Shown piece after piece: positions 55,230 through 64,000 of a stretch of DNA of 64,000 nucleotides. The notes under the pieces were generated by a model that made no database searches, had not been told where the DNA came from, and saw only the letters and a list, made by a program, of their open reading frames with translations. The first letter of the stretch is position 1. The number at the start of each line of letters is the position of its first letter. The DNA is from an uncultured Bacteroidota bacterium (GTDB lineage: Bacteria > Bacteroidota > Bacteroidia > Bacteroidales > SZUA-534), in contig CAMKOM010000014.1 of assembly GCA_946414435.1 (NCBI GenBank), positions 2,717 to 66,716 on the forward strand, given 5' to 3'. A program made the position numbers and the translations under genes.

Positions 55230-56453
55230 ATGAATCTAACTGACACATTTTCAGAGTTTAAGGAACTTAAGAACATCGACCGCCCCACAATGATGAGGGT
55301 TCTGGAAGACGTGTTCCGTAGCACATTGGTTAAGCAGTACGGCACCGACGAAAATTTCGACATCATCATCAACATCGACAAGGGCGACTTTGAGATTTGG
55401 CGTAACCGCGAGGTGGTTGAGGATGCCGAGTTGAAGGACCCCAATACGCAGATTTCACTTACCGAGGCAAAGAAAATCGATGAGGATTATGAAGTTGGCG
55501 AGGAAGTGTCGGACGAGGTGAAAATGATGGATTTTGGCCGCCGTGCCATCCTGACGCTTCGTCAGAACCTGACAACCCGCATTCTTGAACTCGAGAAAGA
55601 CCAACTCTACGCCAAATACAAAGACCGCATTGGTGAGATTGTAACCGGCGAGGTTTATCAGGTTTGGAAGAAGGAGATGATGATTATCGACGACGAAGGC
55701 AATGAACTGATTATGCCGAAAACCGAGCAGATTCCGAGCGATTTCTTCCGCAAGGGCGACAGCGTCCGCGGAGTTGTTGTGCGTGTGGAGATGCGTAATT
55801 CGACACCGTTGGTAATCTTGTCGCGTACAAGCCCGCTGTTCCTTGAGCGTCTGTTTGAGCTTGAGGTTCCCGAGATTTTCGACGGACTCATCACTATCAA
55901 AAATATCAAACGTATCCCGGGTGAGCGTGCCAAAGTGGCCGTTGAGTCGTACGACGAGCGTATCGACCCAGTTGGAGCCTGCGTTGGTATGAAAGGCGCC
56001 CGCATCCACGGAATTGTCCGCGAGCTGCGTAACGAGAATATTGACGTAATCAACTACACCAACAACCTTTCGCTCTACATTTCGCGTGCTTTGAGTCCAG
56101 CCAAGGTTTCGCAGATTAAGATTAACGAAGAGACCAAGAAGGCCGATGTTTATCTTGAGCCGGATCAGGTGTCGTTGGCCATCGGTAAAGGTGGTACCAA
56201 CATTAAACTTGCAAGCCAGCTTACAGGCTATGAGATTGATGTTTATCGCGAGTCGGTTGACGAGGAAGATGTTGATCTCGAGGAATTTGCAGACGAAATC
56301 GATGGATGGGTACTCGATGCCCTCAAAGCTATCGGCTGCGACACTGCAAAGAGCGTTCTCGAGATTCCGGCTGCCGAGCTTGTTCATCGTACTGACCTTG
56401 AGGAGAATACAATCAACGACGTGCTGAAGATTCTGAAAGCCGAATTTGAATAA
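55230..56453 (+). CDS. nusA: Transcription termination/antitermination factor NusA
   Basis: 407 aa. S1 domain (GEIVTGEV), KH domains (GACVGMKGARI, AIGKGGTNIKLA). Confidence 0.96.
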   Translation: MNLTDTFSEFKELKNIDRPTMMRVLEDVFRSTLVKQYGTDENFDIIINIDKGDFEIWRNREVVEDAELKDPNTQISLTEAKKIDEDYEVGEEVSDEVKMMDFGRRAILTLRQNLTTRILELEKDQLYAKYKDRIGEIVTGEVYQVWKKEMMIIDDEGNELIMPKTEQIPSDFFRKGDSVRGVVVRVEMRNSTPLVILSRTSPLFLERLFELEVPEIFDGLITIKNIKRIPGERAKVAVESYDERIDPVGACVGMKGARIHGIVRELRNENIDVINYTNNLSLYISRALSPAKVSQIKINEETKKADVYLEPDQVSLAIGKGGTNIKLASQLTGYEIDVYRESVDEEDVDLEEFADEIDGWVLDALKAIGCDTAKSVLEIPAAELVHRTDLEENTINDVLKILKAEFE

Positions 56454-56517
56454 ATCGCCGTTGCAACCAACAATAAGACAGTCATTCAGATAAAAATAAC
56501 GAACTCTAAAGAAGCAA

Positions 56518-59340
56518 ATGACAGATTACAAACCATTGAGATTGAGTAAAATTGCCCGCGACTTCGGCGTGGGTGTCAATACTGTGCTCGATTTCCTGCA
56601 TAAGAAAGGGATTGCCGCTGACGACGGTCCAAACACCAAAATCGAGTTTGATGTGTTCCAAATTCTGCAGAAGGAATACAGCGGCGACATCAAGGTGAAG
56701 GAAGCATCGGAGAAGATTGAGTTGAACGCCATGAGGGCGAAAAAAGAGTCAATCTATGCCGACGACGAATTTTCAGTTCAGCCCGATCAGGCAAAAAAAG
56801 AGCAGCCTGCGGCCAAAAAGGAAGAATTTGTTGACACGAAAGTCGAGAAACTGCAAGGCCCGAACGTAGTTGGCAAAATCGATTTGAACAAGAAACCTGA
56901 AAAGAAGCAGGAGCAGGCGCCGGCAAAGAGCCAACCTGTAGCATCGGCAAGTCCGAAGACCGAGCAACCTAAACCAAAACAGCCTGAGCCAGAGCTTATT
57001 CGTACAAAAGTTGAGCCGGTGAAGGATGTGAAAATTTTAGGCAAGATTGAACTCGATCAACTGAACAGCAAGACGCGCCCGGCAAAGAAATCGAAGGAGG
57101 AAAAGGCCAAAGAACGCAAAGAGCGCGAGGCCCAAACACGCAAAATGCAACAGGCGCAGCAGCAACAAGGAAAGAAAGACGATAATCGGCAACGTGTTGA
57201 GCCAGAGTTTATTAACACAAAGGTTGAGAAACTGCAAGGCCCGAACGTGGTTGGTAAAATCGATTTGAATGAACGCAAATTCGCAGGTCAGGGCAGCGGT
57301 GATGAGTTCGGAAAGAAGAAAAAACGCAAACGCATACAAAAAGACCGCGTCGACGTCGGGATGCCGATGGATAGCGGCAAAGGAGGCAAGGGCGGAAAAG
57401 GAGCCAAAGGCGCATCAAAATTCCTGAAAAAGGAAGTGAATGAAGAGGATGTGCAAAAGCAGATTAAAGACACATTGGCTCGTCTGCAAGCACCGAAGGG
57501 CAAGAGCAAGACCAGCGTTCACCGCCGCGAGAAACGCGAGGATGTAAGGCAGAGATCAGCGGAGGAGATTGAGCGTCAGGAGGCAGAAAAGATGGTGCTG
57601 AAAGTCACCGAGTTCGTGTCGGTCAACGAGTTGGCCACAATGATGAACGTTTCGGTGACTGAGGTTATCTCAACTTGTATGAATCTCGGCTTGTTTGTTT
57701 CTATCAATCAGCGACTTGATGCCGAAACTATGGCATTGGTTGCCGATGAGTTCGGTTACAAGATGCAGTTTGTGAGCGCCGATCTGCTCGACGCAATCGC
57801 CGATGAGGAGGACAAAGAGGAGGATTTGGTTCCGCGTCCGCCGATTATCACCGTGATGGGCCATGTCGACCACGGTAAGACATCGCTGCTCGACCATATC
57901 CGCAACGCCAACGTGATTGCGGGCGAGGCCGGCGGCATTACTCAGCACATTGGCGCCTACAGCGTGGTGCTGAAGAACGGCAAGACCATCACCTTCCTCG
58001 ACACCCCAGGTCACGAGGCATTTACCGCAATGCGTGCCCGCGGTGCTCAAATTACTGATATTGTGATTATTGTGATTGCAGCTGACGACAGCATAATGCC
58101 GCAGACAATTGAGGCCATCAACCACGCACAAGCTGCTGGCGTGCCTATTGTGTTTGCAATCAACAAGATAGATAAGCCGGGTGCAAACCCCGACAAGATA
58201 AAAGAGGCTTTGGCCAATATGAACCTTTTGGTTGAGGAGTGGGGCGGCAAATACCAGTCGCAGGACATCTCGGCCAAAAAAGGCATCAACGTTGCCGAAC
58301 TGCTCGACAAGGTGTTGCTTGAAGCCGAACTGCTTGACTTGAAGGCCAATCCGAACAAACTGGCTTCGGGAACGGTCATCGAGTCGGCGTTGGACAAAGG
58401 CCGCGGCTACGTGACCACAGTGCTTGTGCAGAACGGCACACTGAAGGTGGGCGACATTGTGCTCGCCGGCAGTTTCACTGGCCACGTAAAGGCGATGTAC
58501 AACGAGCGCAGCGGCAAGATTACCGAGGCAGGCCCGTCGACACCGGCACTTATTCTTGGTCTGAACGGCGCACCGCAGGCCGGCGACAAATTCAACGTTG
58601 TGAGCAGCGACAAAGAGGCTCGCGACATTGCTAACCGCCGTCTGCAGTTGCAACGCGAGCAGGGCTTGCGTACACAAAAGCACCTGACATTGGCCGAGGT
58701 TGGCCGCCGCAAAGCAATTGGCGACTTCCACGAGCTCAACATCATTGTCAAGGCAGACGTGGACGGTTCGGCCGAGGCTCTGCAAGATTCGCTTGTCAAA
58801 CTCTCGACACCCGAGATTCAGGTCAACGTCATCCACAAGGCCGTTGGTCAGATTTCAGAGTCTGATGTCACACTGGCTGCTGCATCCGATGCAATCATCG
58901 TCGGATTCCAGGTTCGCCCGTCAATGGACGCCCGCAAACTGGCAGAGCGCGAACAGGTGGACATCCGCTTGTACTCAATCATCTACGATGCCATCAACGA
59001 GGTGAAGGACGCTATGGAGGGTATGCTTTCGCCGGAAATCAAGGAGGAGGTTATCGGTACCGTCGAGATTCGCGAGGTCTTCAAGATTTCGAAGGTTGGC
59101 TCGGTGGCCGGCTGCTTTGTCCGCGACGGCAAGGTAAAACGCACATCGAAAGTGCGCGTCATCCGCGACGGTATTGTGGTTTACACGGGCGAACTTGGCT
59201 CGCTCAAACGCTTTAAGGACGACGCCAAAGAGGTGCTCACCGGTATGGAGTGCGGCTTGAACATCGACAAATACAACGACATCAAAGTCGGCGATGTGAT
59301 TGAGGTTTACGAGGAGACTGAGGTTAAGCGTACACTGTAA
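56518..59340 (+). CDS. infB: Translation initiation factor IF-2
   Basis: 940 aa. Lys/Glu-rich N-terminus with repeated [16 protein letters not shown] motif. G-domain [24 protein letters not shown]. Confidence 0.97.
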   Translation: MTDYKPLRLSKIARDFGVGVNTVLDFLHKKGIAADDGPNTKIEFDVFQILQKEYSGDIKVKEASEKIELNAMRAKKESIYADDEFSVQPDQAKKEQPAAKKEEFVDTKVEKLQGPNVVGKIDLNKKPEKKQEQAPAKSQPVASASPKTEQPKPKQPEPELIRTKVEPVKDVKILGKIELDQLNSKTRPAKKSKEEKAKERKEREAQTRKMQQAQQQQGKKDDNRQRVEPEFINTKVEKLQGPNVVGKIDLNERKFAGQGSGDEFGKKKKRKRIQKDRVDVGMPMDSGKGGKGGKGAKGASKFLKKEVNEEDVQKQIKDTLARLQAPKGKSKTSVHRREKREDVRQRSAEEIERQEAEKMVLKVTEFVSVNELATMMNVSVTEVISTCMNLGLFVSINQRLDAETMALVADEFGYKMQFVSADLLDAIADEEDKEEDLVPRPPIITVMGHVDHGKTSLLDHIRNANVIAGEAGGITQHIGAYSVVLKNGKTITFLDTPGHEAFTAMRARGAQITDIVIIVIAADDSIMPQTIEAINHAQAAGVPIVFAINKIDKPGANPDKIKEALANMNLLVEEWGGKYQSQDISAKKGINVAELLDKVLLEAELLDLKANPNKLASGTVIESALDKGRGYVTTVLVQNGTLKVGDIVLAGSFTGHVKAMYNERSGKITEAGPSTPALILGLNGAPQAGDKFNVVSSDKEARDIANRRLQLQREQGLRTQKHLTLAEVGRRKAIGDFHELNIIVKADVDGSAEALQDSLVKLSTPEIQVNVIHKAVGQISESDVTLAAASDAIIVGFQVRPSMDARKLAEREQVDIRLYSIIYDAINEVKDAMEGMLSPEIKEEVIGTVEIREVFKISKVGSVAGCFVRDGKVKRTSKVRVIRDGIVVYTGELGSLKRFKDDAKEVLTGMECGLNIDKYNDIKVGDVIEVYEETEVKRTL

Positions 59341-59363
59341 AATCAAATAGTTTTGACACAAAG

Positions 59364-59398
59364 AAGGCGGCACTTCCATACGAAAAGCCGCCTTTTTT
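59364..59398 (+). terminator. Rho-independent terminator after infB (convergent with the S46 peptidase gene)
   Basis: aaggcggc ... gccgcctt (8-bp stem) followed by ttttgtt. Confidence 0.78.
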
Positions 59399-59431
59399 GT
59401 TGACTATCGACAATGTGTCGAGTTTTCAGTT

Positions 59432-61591
59432 TCACTCCACAAATTTCATTTCGCCGATAAGATTCTGAGCATCGAAATATTTGTCGAGAATGAGCAGCAC
59501 GTAGCGGATGTCGACAACAATACACTTCTGAAGTTCAGGCTCAAAGGTGATGTCGCCGCTCATCGATTCCCAGTTGCCGTCGAATGCAAGACCGATGAGT
59601 TCGCCGCGGGCGTTCATCACGGCGCTGCCCGAATTGCCGCCAGTGATGTCGTTGTTGGTTATGAAGCAGACGTTCAGTGTGCTGTCGGGGTTACCATAGC
59701 GGCCGTAATCCTTCTTCTGCCAAATCTCTTTGAGTTTGTCCGGCACGTTGAACTCGCGCACCGTCGGGTCTTCTTTTTCCATTACGCCGTCGAGCGTGGT
59801 CTTATAATCATAGGTGACAGCATCGGCAGGCCTATAACCCGCAATGGTTCCGTAAGTGAATCGCATGGTGCTGTTGGCGTCTGGGCTGAAGAGTTTGTTA
59901 GGTTGCATCTCCATCAAACCAGCTACAAAAAGACGCATCCCTTCGGCTAATTTTTCTTCGCCATTGAAGCATAAATTATTCAATAACATATACTTATCGT
60001 ATATATCGTTGCTGACAACCATAAGAGGGTCGTTAAGTAGAATTTTGCTTGTCGGATTCTTGGCAAAAGCTTCAAATTTTGTTTTGTCGCAGAACACCGA
60101 TTTTGCAAGGATATCATCGACAAACTTGTCCACATTACCCTTGTATTTTTTTAATATTGTTTTGGTTATGTATTCGGGATAATATTCCGATGGTACTTTT
60201 TTCATAAACAGCCGAATCATTTCTTTGGTTGTCTGGCGGTCAACTTCGCGGTTGTAATTTTTGAAAAAGTCGGCCGATTTTTCATCGACTTGCTTCCGGA
60301 TAGTTTCAATATATTCGGGGTCGGCATTTTTTTGAGTCAGGTTTTGCAGATAGTGCGAGAGTTTAAGTGCAAAATATGCCGATTCGAAGCCATAAAGCTG
60401 TGCTTCAACAAAATACGAAATGGCTTCATTATAAGCAAGATTCTGTATCACGCCGTCTTCAATCATATCGAGCGCATTGCCGTATTTATTTTTACGGTCG
60501 TCGTTTTGGTTAATCCATTGGGTAAAAGCTGCTTCCAACTCGCGTTTCCCTTCCACAACGTGGAGGCGTTTCAAACTGCGGTTCTGACCGATTGAGTATT
60601 TCCAATAGTTCGCCGAGCTCGCGTATTTCGAGGCGTACTGAATGCGTATTTTCTCATCATTGTCCATGAATTTCTTCCAAACATCCTGCTTTGCGCCACG
60701 CACACGAGCGCGTACGTCGTTCACAGCCGTCATCGTTGACTCTGTTTCCCACGACGAAATGTAGCGTACGGTGGTGCCCGGATAGCCCATCACAAATGCA
60801 AAATCGTTCTCTTGGTATCCTTTTAAAGATATTGGCAGGAAATGTTTCGGATGGTAGGGGATGTTCTCTTCGGCATATTCGGCTGGTGTGCTGTCGGGGG
60901 CGCAATAGACGCGGAACATTGAGAAATCGCCAGTTTGGCGCGGCCACATCCAGTTGTCGGTGTCGGCGCCGAATTTGCCAACCGACTCAGGTGGTGCGGC
61001 GACCAGTCGTACGTCGCTAAAAATTTCATATACAAAAAGATAGTAGAAATTTTTGTAAAGCATATCGTCTACTTGGGCCGAGTAGTGGGTACCTTCGGTG
61101 GCGCGGTTGATGATGGTGTCGCATAGGATTCCGACAATCGAGTCGCGTGCTGCTTCAGTTGAGCCTTCGGGAATCTGACTCAGAATCTGCTCGGTAATAT
61201 CTTCGACACGGACCAGCAGCCAAGCCGACTTGCCGGGATTGGGCAACTCTTCAGCTCTGCTGCGCGCCACAAATCCGTTGGTGAGCAGGTCGTTTTCGAC
61301 GGTGCTGTGGCTTTGAATCTCGCTGTAGCCACAGTGGTGGTTGGTCATAACCAGACCATCGGCTGACACGAATGATGCCGAGCAATTGCCGCCGTCAAGG
61401 GCGATAATGGCATCCTTCACGCAGGCACGGTTTATACTATATATGTCGTCGGCCGTGAGTTTGAAACCTAAATCGGTCATTGTGGCCATGTTTTTCTCGA
61501 GAAGAATGGGCAGCCACATTCCTTCGTCGGCGCGCGACACAAACGGGCTTGCCATCAGTGCTGAAATCAGCAGTAAAGTTGTTTTTCGCAT
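59432..61591 (-). CDS. S46 family dipeptidyl-peptidase (DPP7/DPP11-like)
   Basis: Signal peptide, then DEGMWLP. MTNHHCG (catalytic His) and GGNSGSAV (catalytic Ser). ATG at 61591 preferred over the TTG at 61624. Confidence 0.9.
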   Translation of the reverse strand: MRKTTLLLISALMASPFVSRADEGMWLPILLEKNMATMTDLGFKLTADDIYSINRACVKDAIIALDGGNCSASFVSADGLVMTNHHCGYSEIQSHSTVENDLLTNGFVARSRAEELPNPGKSAWLLVRVEDITEQILSQIPEGSTEAARDSIVGILCDTIINRATEGTHYSAQVDDMLYKNFYYLFVYEIFSDVRLVAAPPESVGKFGADTDNWMWPRQTGDFSMFRVYCAPDSTPAEYAEENIPYHPKHFLPISLKGYQENDFAFVMGYPGTTVRYISSWETESTMTAVNDVRARVRGAKQDVWKKFMDNDEKIRIQYASKYASSANYWKYSIGQNRSLKRLHVVEGKRELEAAFTQWINQNDDRKNKYGNALDMIEDGVIQNLAYNEAISYFVEAQLYGFESAYFALKLSHYLQNLTQKNADPEYIETIRKQVDEKSADFFKNYNREVDRQTTKEMIRLFMKKVPSEYYPEYITKTILKKYKGNVDKFVDDILAKSVFCDKTKFEAFAKNPTSKILLNDPLMVVSNDIYDKYMLLNNLCFNGEEKLAEGMRLFVAGLMEMQPNKLFSPDANSTMRFTYGTIAGYRPADAVTYDYKTTLDGVMEKEDPTVREFNVPDKLKEIWQKKDYGRYGNPDSTLNVCFITNNDITGGNSGSAVMNARGELIGLAFDGNWESMSGDITFEPELQKCIVVDIRYVLLILDKYFDAQNLIGEMKFVE

Positions 61592-61785
61592 ATCGATTAG
61601 TAATTTTTCCGCCAAAAGTAGCAAACGTTTGCAATCGTTGGATGGTTTGGCCGCTTTTTAATGGCAGATATAGTCGTTTAGCCAAAAAAAAACGATAATT
61701 GTTTGAAATACCGCTATGTTTCAATAGATTTGTGTTTGCGGAAGCCGAAAAGCACACAGAGTAGGCATATTAAAAATTTATTTTT

Positions 61786-62421
61786 ATGAAGAAATTAGGA
61801 TTTGCACTTATGGGATTGTTGATGATTTCATCGACAGGTGCGTTTGCTCAAATGTCGTTTGGAGTTAAAGCCGGACTTAATTTTTCAAACATGATGATAA
61901 AGGCTGGCGGCGAGAAGATCGATGACATTAAATTTAAACCAGGTATAAATGTTGGCGCATTTGCCGATTTCGAGTTAAGCGATATGCTTGGCGTTGAGGC
62001 TGGTTTGAATGTTGAAACTAAAGGTTTTAAAATGAAAGAAGAATTTCTTGGCAATAAAATCAAAGCTACAACAAACATTTTTTATGTAACTGTTCCTGTT
62101 GATGTAAAACTCACTTTTGGCAGTTTTTATGTATTAGCCGGACCATACGTTGGGGTTGCAGCAGCTGGTAAAAGCAAAACAAAATCTGAATACAAGGACG
62201 ACACTCATAAAGATAGTGAGAGCTTGGAATTTGGTGACGACTATGGTAAAACCAAACGCTTGGATTTAGGCTTGGGTCTTGGTGCAGGCTATGAAATCAA
62301 CGATAATCTTGGCGTTCGCGCAGGTTACGACCTTGGCTTAGCCAATGTGCAAGGCAAGGGCGACAAAGACAACAGCACAAAGAACGGTTCAATCAATGTT
62401 TCAGTAACTTACAAGTTCTAA
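61786..62421 (+). CDS. Outer-membrane beta-barrel (porin-family/OmpA-like barrel) protein
   Basis: 211 aa. Signal peptide; alternating-hydrophobic beta-strand pattern (FGVKAGLNFSN, GVEAGLN, LGLGAGYEI, SINVSVTYKF terminal aromatic). Confidence 0.75.
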   Translation: MKKLGFALMGLLMISSTGAFAQMSFGVKAGLNFSNMMIKAGGEKIDDIKFKPGINVGAFADFELSDMLGVEAGLNVETKGFKMKEEFLGNKIKATTNIFYVTVPVDVKLTFGSFYVLAGPYVGVAAAGKSKTKSEYKDDTHKDSESLEFGDDYGKTKRLDLGLGLGAGYEINDNLGVRAGYDLGLANVQGKGDKDNSTKNGSINVSVTYKF

Positions 62422-62447
62422 AACACGAACCTTTCAATAACACGAAA

Positions 62448-62478
62448 AGCCTTGCCACGCGGCAGGGCTTTTTTGTTT
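62448..62478 (+). terminator. Rho-independent terminator
   Basis: agccttgcc-acgc-ggcagggct followed by tttttgttt. Confidence 0.8.
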
Positions 62479-62499
62479 GTCTTTAGTCTGAAGTCTTTC

Positions 62500-64000
62500 C
62501 TACGCAAAAATCAGTATCAGCGTCTGCGCCAGCACAATACGCAGGAACATTGCCAACGGGTAGACCGTTGAGTAGGCCACCGACGGGCGGTCGTTCTCGG
62601 CAATCATATTCGAGTAGTAGAGTGCGGGCGGATTGGTGTTGGTGCCCGAAATCATTCCCACAATGGTGAAATAGTTCAGTTTGAAGCACTTGCGCGCGAT
62701 GCACGAGATGGTGAGCATCGGAATCATTGTTATGAGCAAGCCGTAGCCCACCCACCTGAGACCGTCGCCGTTGATGAGCGTGTCGAAGAACTGCTCGCCC
62801 GCTTCAAGGCCAACGCAGGCAAGGAAAAGCGAGATGCCAATCTCACGAATCATCAGGTTGGCGCTCTGCGTGGTGTAGCACGTAAGGCCGATTTTGTGAC
62901 CGAAGGCGCCCATCAGCAGCGAAACAATGAGCGGACCGCCAGCCAGACCGAGTTTTGCGGGTTGCGGCATTCCAGGGAAGGCGATTGGAATGTATCCTAC
63001 GATGATGCCCAGGAAAATGCCGATGAACAGCGTCGAAAGGTGCGGCTCGTTAAGGTGCTTAACCGAGTTGCCAAGGAATTTCTCGACAAGGCCGAGACTC
63101 TCGTCGCCGCCCACAACTTTCACTTTGTCACCAAGATGCAGCACAAGGTCGGGTGTAGCCACAAGTTCAACGCCCGAGCGGAAGACACGCGTCACGTTCA
63201 CATTGAACGCCTTGCGCAACTGCAGGTTCTGAAGGCTCTTGCCGTCCAATCGCTTGTTGGTAACCAATATTTTACGCGATTTCAACTCGCCCGTTTGGCC
63301 GTTCAGTTCTTCGGTGGTGAGTTTCTCGCCGAACATTGCGTCGAGTTCGGCCTCACGCTGCTTGGGCGCGATGATTCGCACCAGGTCGCCTTGGCCGAGC
63401 ACGGTGTCGCCGTTTGGCACAAAAACCTTGCCGCCCTGACTGATGCGGGCAAAGACAACTTCCTTGTCGAACTGCCGCGAAATCTCTTTTATCTGCCTGC
63501 CAATCACCAAGTTGCTTGTCACACGATAACTGCAGCGCGCAGGCTCTTCGGTGTTGCCGCCAGTGGCTGCGGTGCGCTCTTTTTCATAATCAATTTTGAA
63601 GATGCGCTTCACAATCACCATTCCAAGAATGATGCCCACTACGCCCATCGGATATGCCACTGCATAACCGAGTGATATTGAAGGCGTTTCAGCACCCGAT
63701 TGCGATAATTGGTTTAATGCTTGCTGAGCCGCGCCAAGACCAGGCGTATTGGTTACTGCACCCTGCATAACGCCAATCAACATCGAAAAATCGATACCGC
63801 CTAACAAGTAGAAAATCAGCAGTGTTACCGCGATATTGAGAGCCACGCTGCCTGCCGCCAGCCCGTTGAGCATCAGCCCCGACTGCTTGAACGACGAGAA
63901 GAAGTTCGGGCCAACCTGCAAACCAATGCTGAATACAAAGAGTATCAAGCCGAAATCCTTCATAAAATGCAGAATCGACGGCGTGACGGTGAAGCCGAAA
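62500..64000 (-). CDS. YidE/YbjL (aspartate:alanine exchanger, AAE) family transporter with two internal RCK_C/TrkA_C domains; N-terminus beyond window
   Basis: The frame stays open past the track Met at 63963 to the window edge (..FGFTVTPSILHFMKDFGL..). Duplicated membrane halves flank soluble segments (GDLVRIIAPKQ / GDKVKVVGGDE). Confidence 0.82.
   Translation of the reverse strand, partial: FGFTVTPSILHFMKDFGLILFVFSIGLQVGPNFFSSFKQSGLMLNGLAAGSVALNIAVTLLIFYLLGGIDFSMLIGVMQGAVTNTPGLGAAQQALNQLSQSGAETPSISLGYAVAYPMGVVGIILGMVIVKRIFKIDYEKERTAATGGNTEEPARCSYRVTSNLVIGRQIKEISRQFDKEVVFARISQGGKVFVPNGDTVLGQGDLVRIIAPKQREAELDAMFGEKLTTEELNGQTGELKSRKILVTNKRLDGKSLQNLQLRKAFNVNVTRVFRSGVELVATPDLVLHLGDKVKVVGGDESLGLVEKFLGNSVKHLNEPHLSTLFIGIFLGIIVGYIPIAFPGMPQPAKLGLAGGPLIVSLLMGAFGHKIGLTCYTTQSANLMIREIGISLFLACVGLEAGEQFFDTLINGDGLRWVGYGLLITMIPMLTISCIARKCFKLNYFTIVGMISGTNTNPPALYYSNMIAENDRPSVAYSTVYPLAMFLRIVLAQTLILIFA

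Noticed and set aside
56800-57290. Near-identical 50-bp duplication inside infB ([16 protein letters not shown] twice, plus a third diverged copy)
   Set aside because: It corresponds to the repeated IF2 N-terminal motif commonly present in bacterial IF-2. It is in frame and within a conserved gene, so it is not a mobile or regulatory repeat.
55455-58836. Minus-strand ORFs 55455-56387 (310 aa) and 57670-58836 (388 aa) antisense to nusA and infB
   Set aside because: They lie opposite universally conserved genes and have no motifs, so they are shadow ORFs.

Overview
This 64-kb chromosomal segment reads as Bacteroidota, Bacteroidales-type. Many genes are preceded by the Bacteroides -7 promoter motif TAnnTTTG rather than a Shine-Dalgarno site. 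Gene content fits that call: a T9SS-type C-terminal sorting-domain protein, an S46 dipeptidyl-peptidase, FISUMP/DUF1566-like surface proteins and an ExbB-ExbD cluster. I call about 55 protein genes and 2 tRNAs (Ala-GGC, Ser-GGA). Housekeeping blocks are rplM-rpsI-rpsB (rpsB is missing from the ORF track and cut by the window edge), ilvD-(insert)-ilvB-ilvN, and coaD-TlpA-like-rdgB-CE4. Further blocks are a HisKA_3 kinase/LuxR regulator pair plus birA, valS, trmO, pgeF, a MacAB-TolC-like efflux operon, exbB-exbD-exbD, topB and rimP-nusA-infB. Visibly AT-richer accessory blocks lie at about 7.6-9.1 kb, 12.4-15.7 kb, 33.6-34.2 kb and 44.7-49.0 kb. I saw no CRISPR array, integrase, transposase, phage module or recognisable defence gene, so I cannot point to a canonical novel system. 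The items most worth a second look are: (1) a Val-rich 19-codon leader peptide with competing antiterminator/terminator hairpins upstream of ilvD; (2) an AT-rich FISUMP lipoprotein gene sitting inside that ilv operon; (3) a 1265-aa GAF-REC-REC-PPDK_N protein tightly coupled to an MBL-fold hydrolase; (4) intercistronic spacers built from strictly 7-nt or 8-nt periodic units shared between unrelated operons; (5) an orphan promoter-plus-terminator unit that looks like a roughly 75-nt sRNA; (6) a 1.4k-aa surface protein with a 117-120 bp tandem repeat encoding an unrecognised RRSGF module. All family calls come from motif recognition by eye, and no database search was possible.
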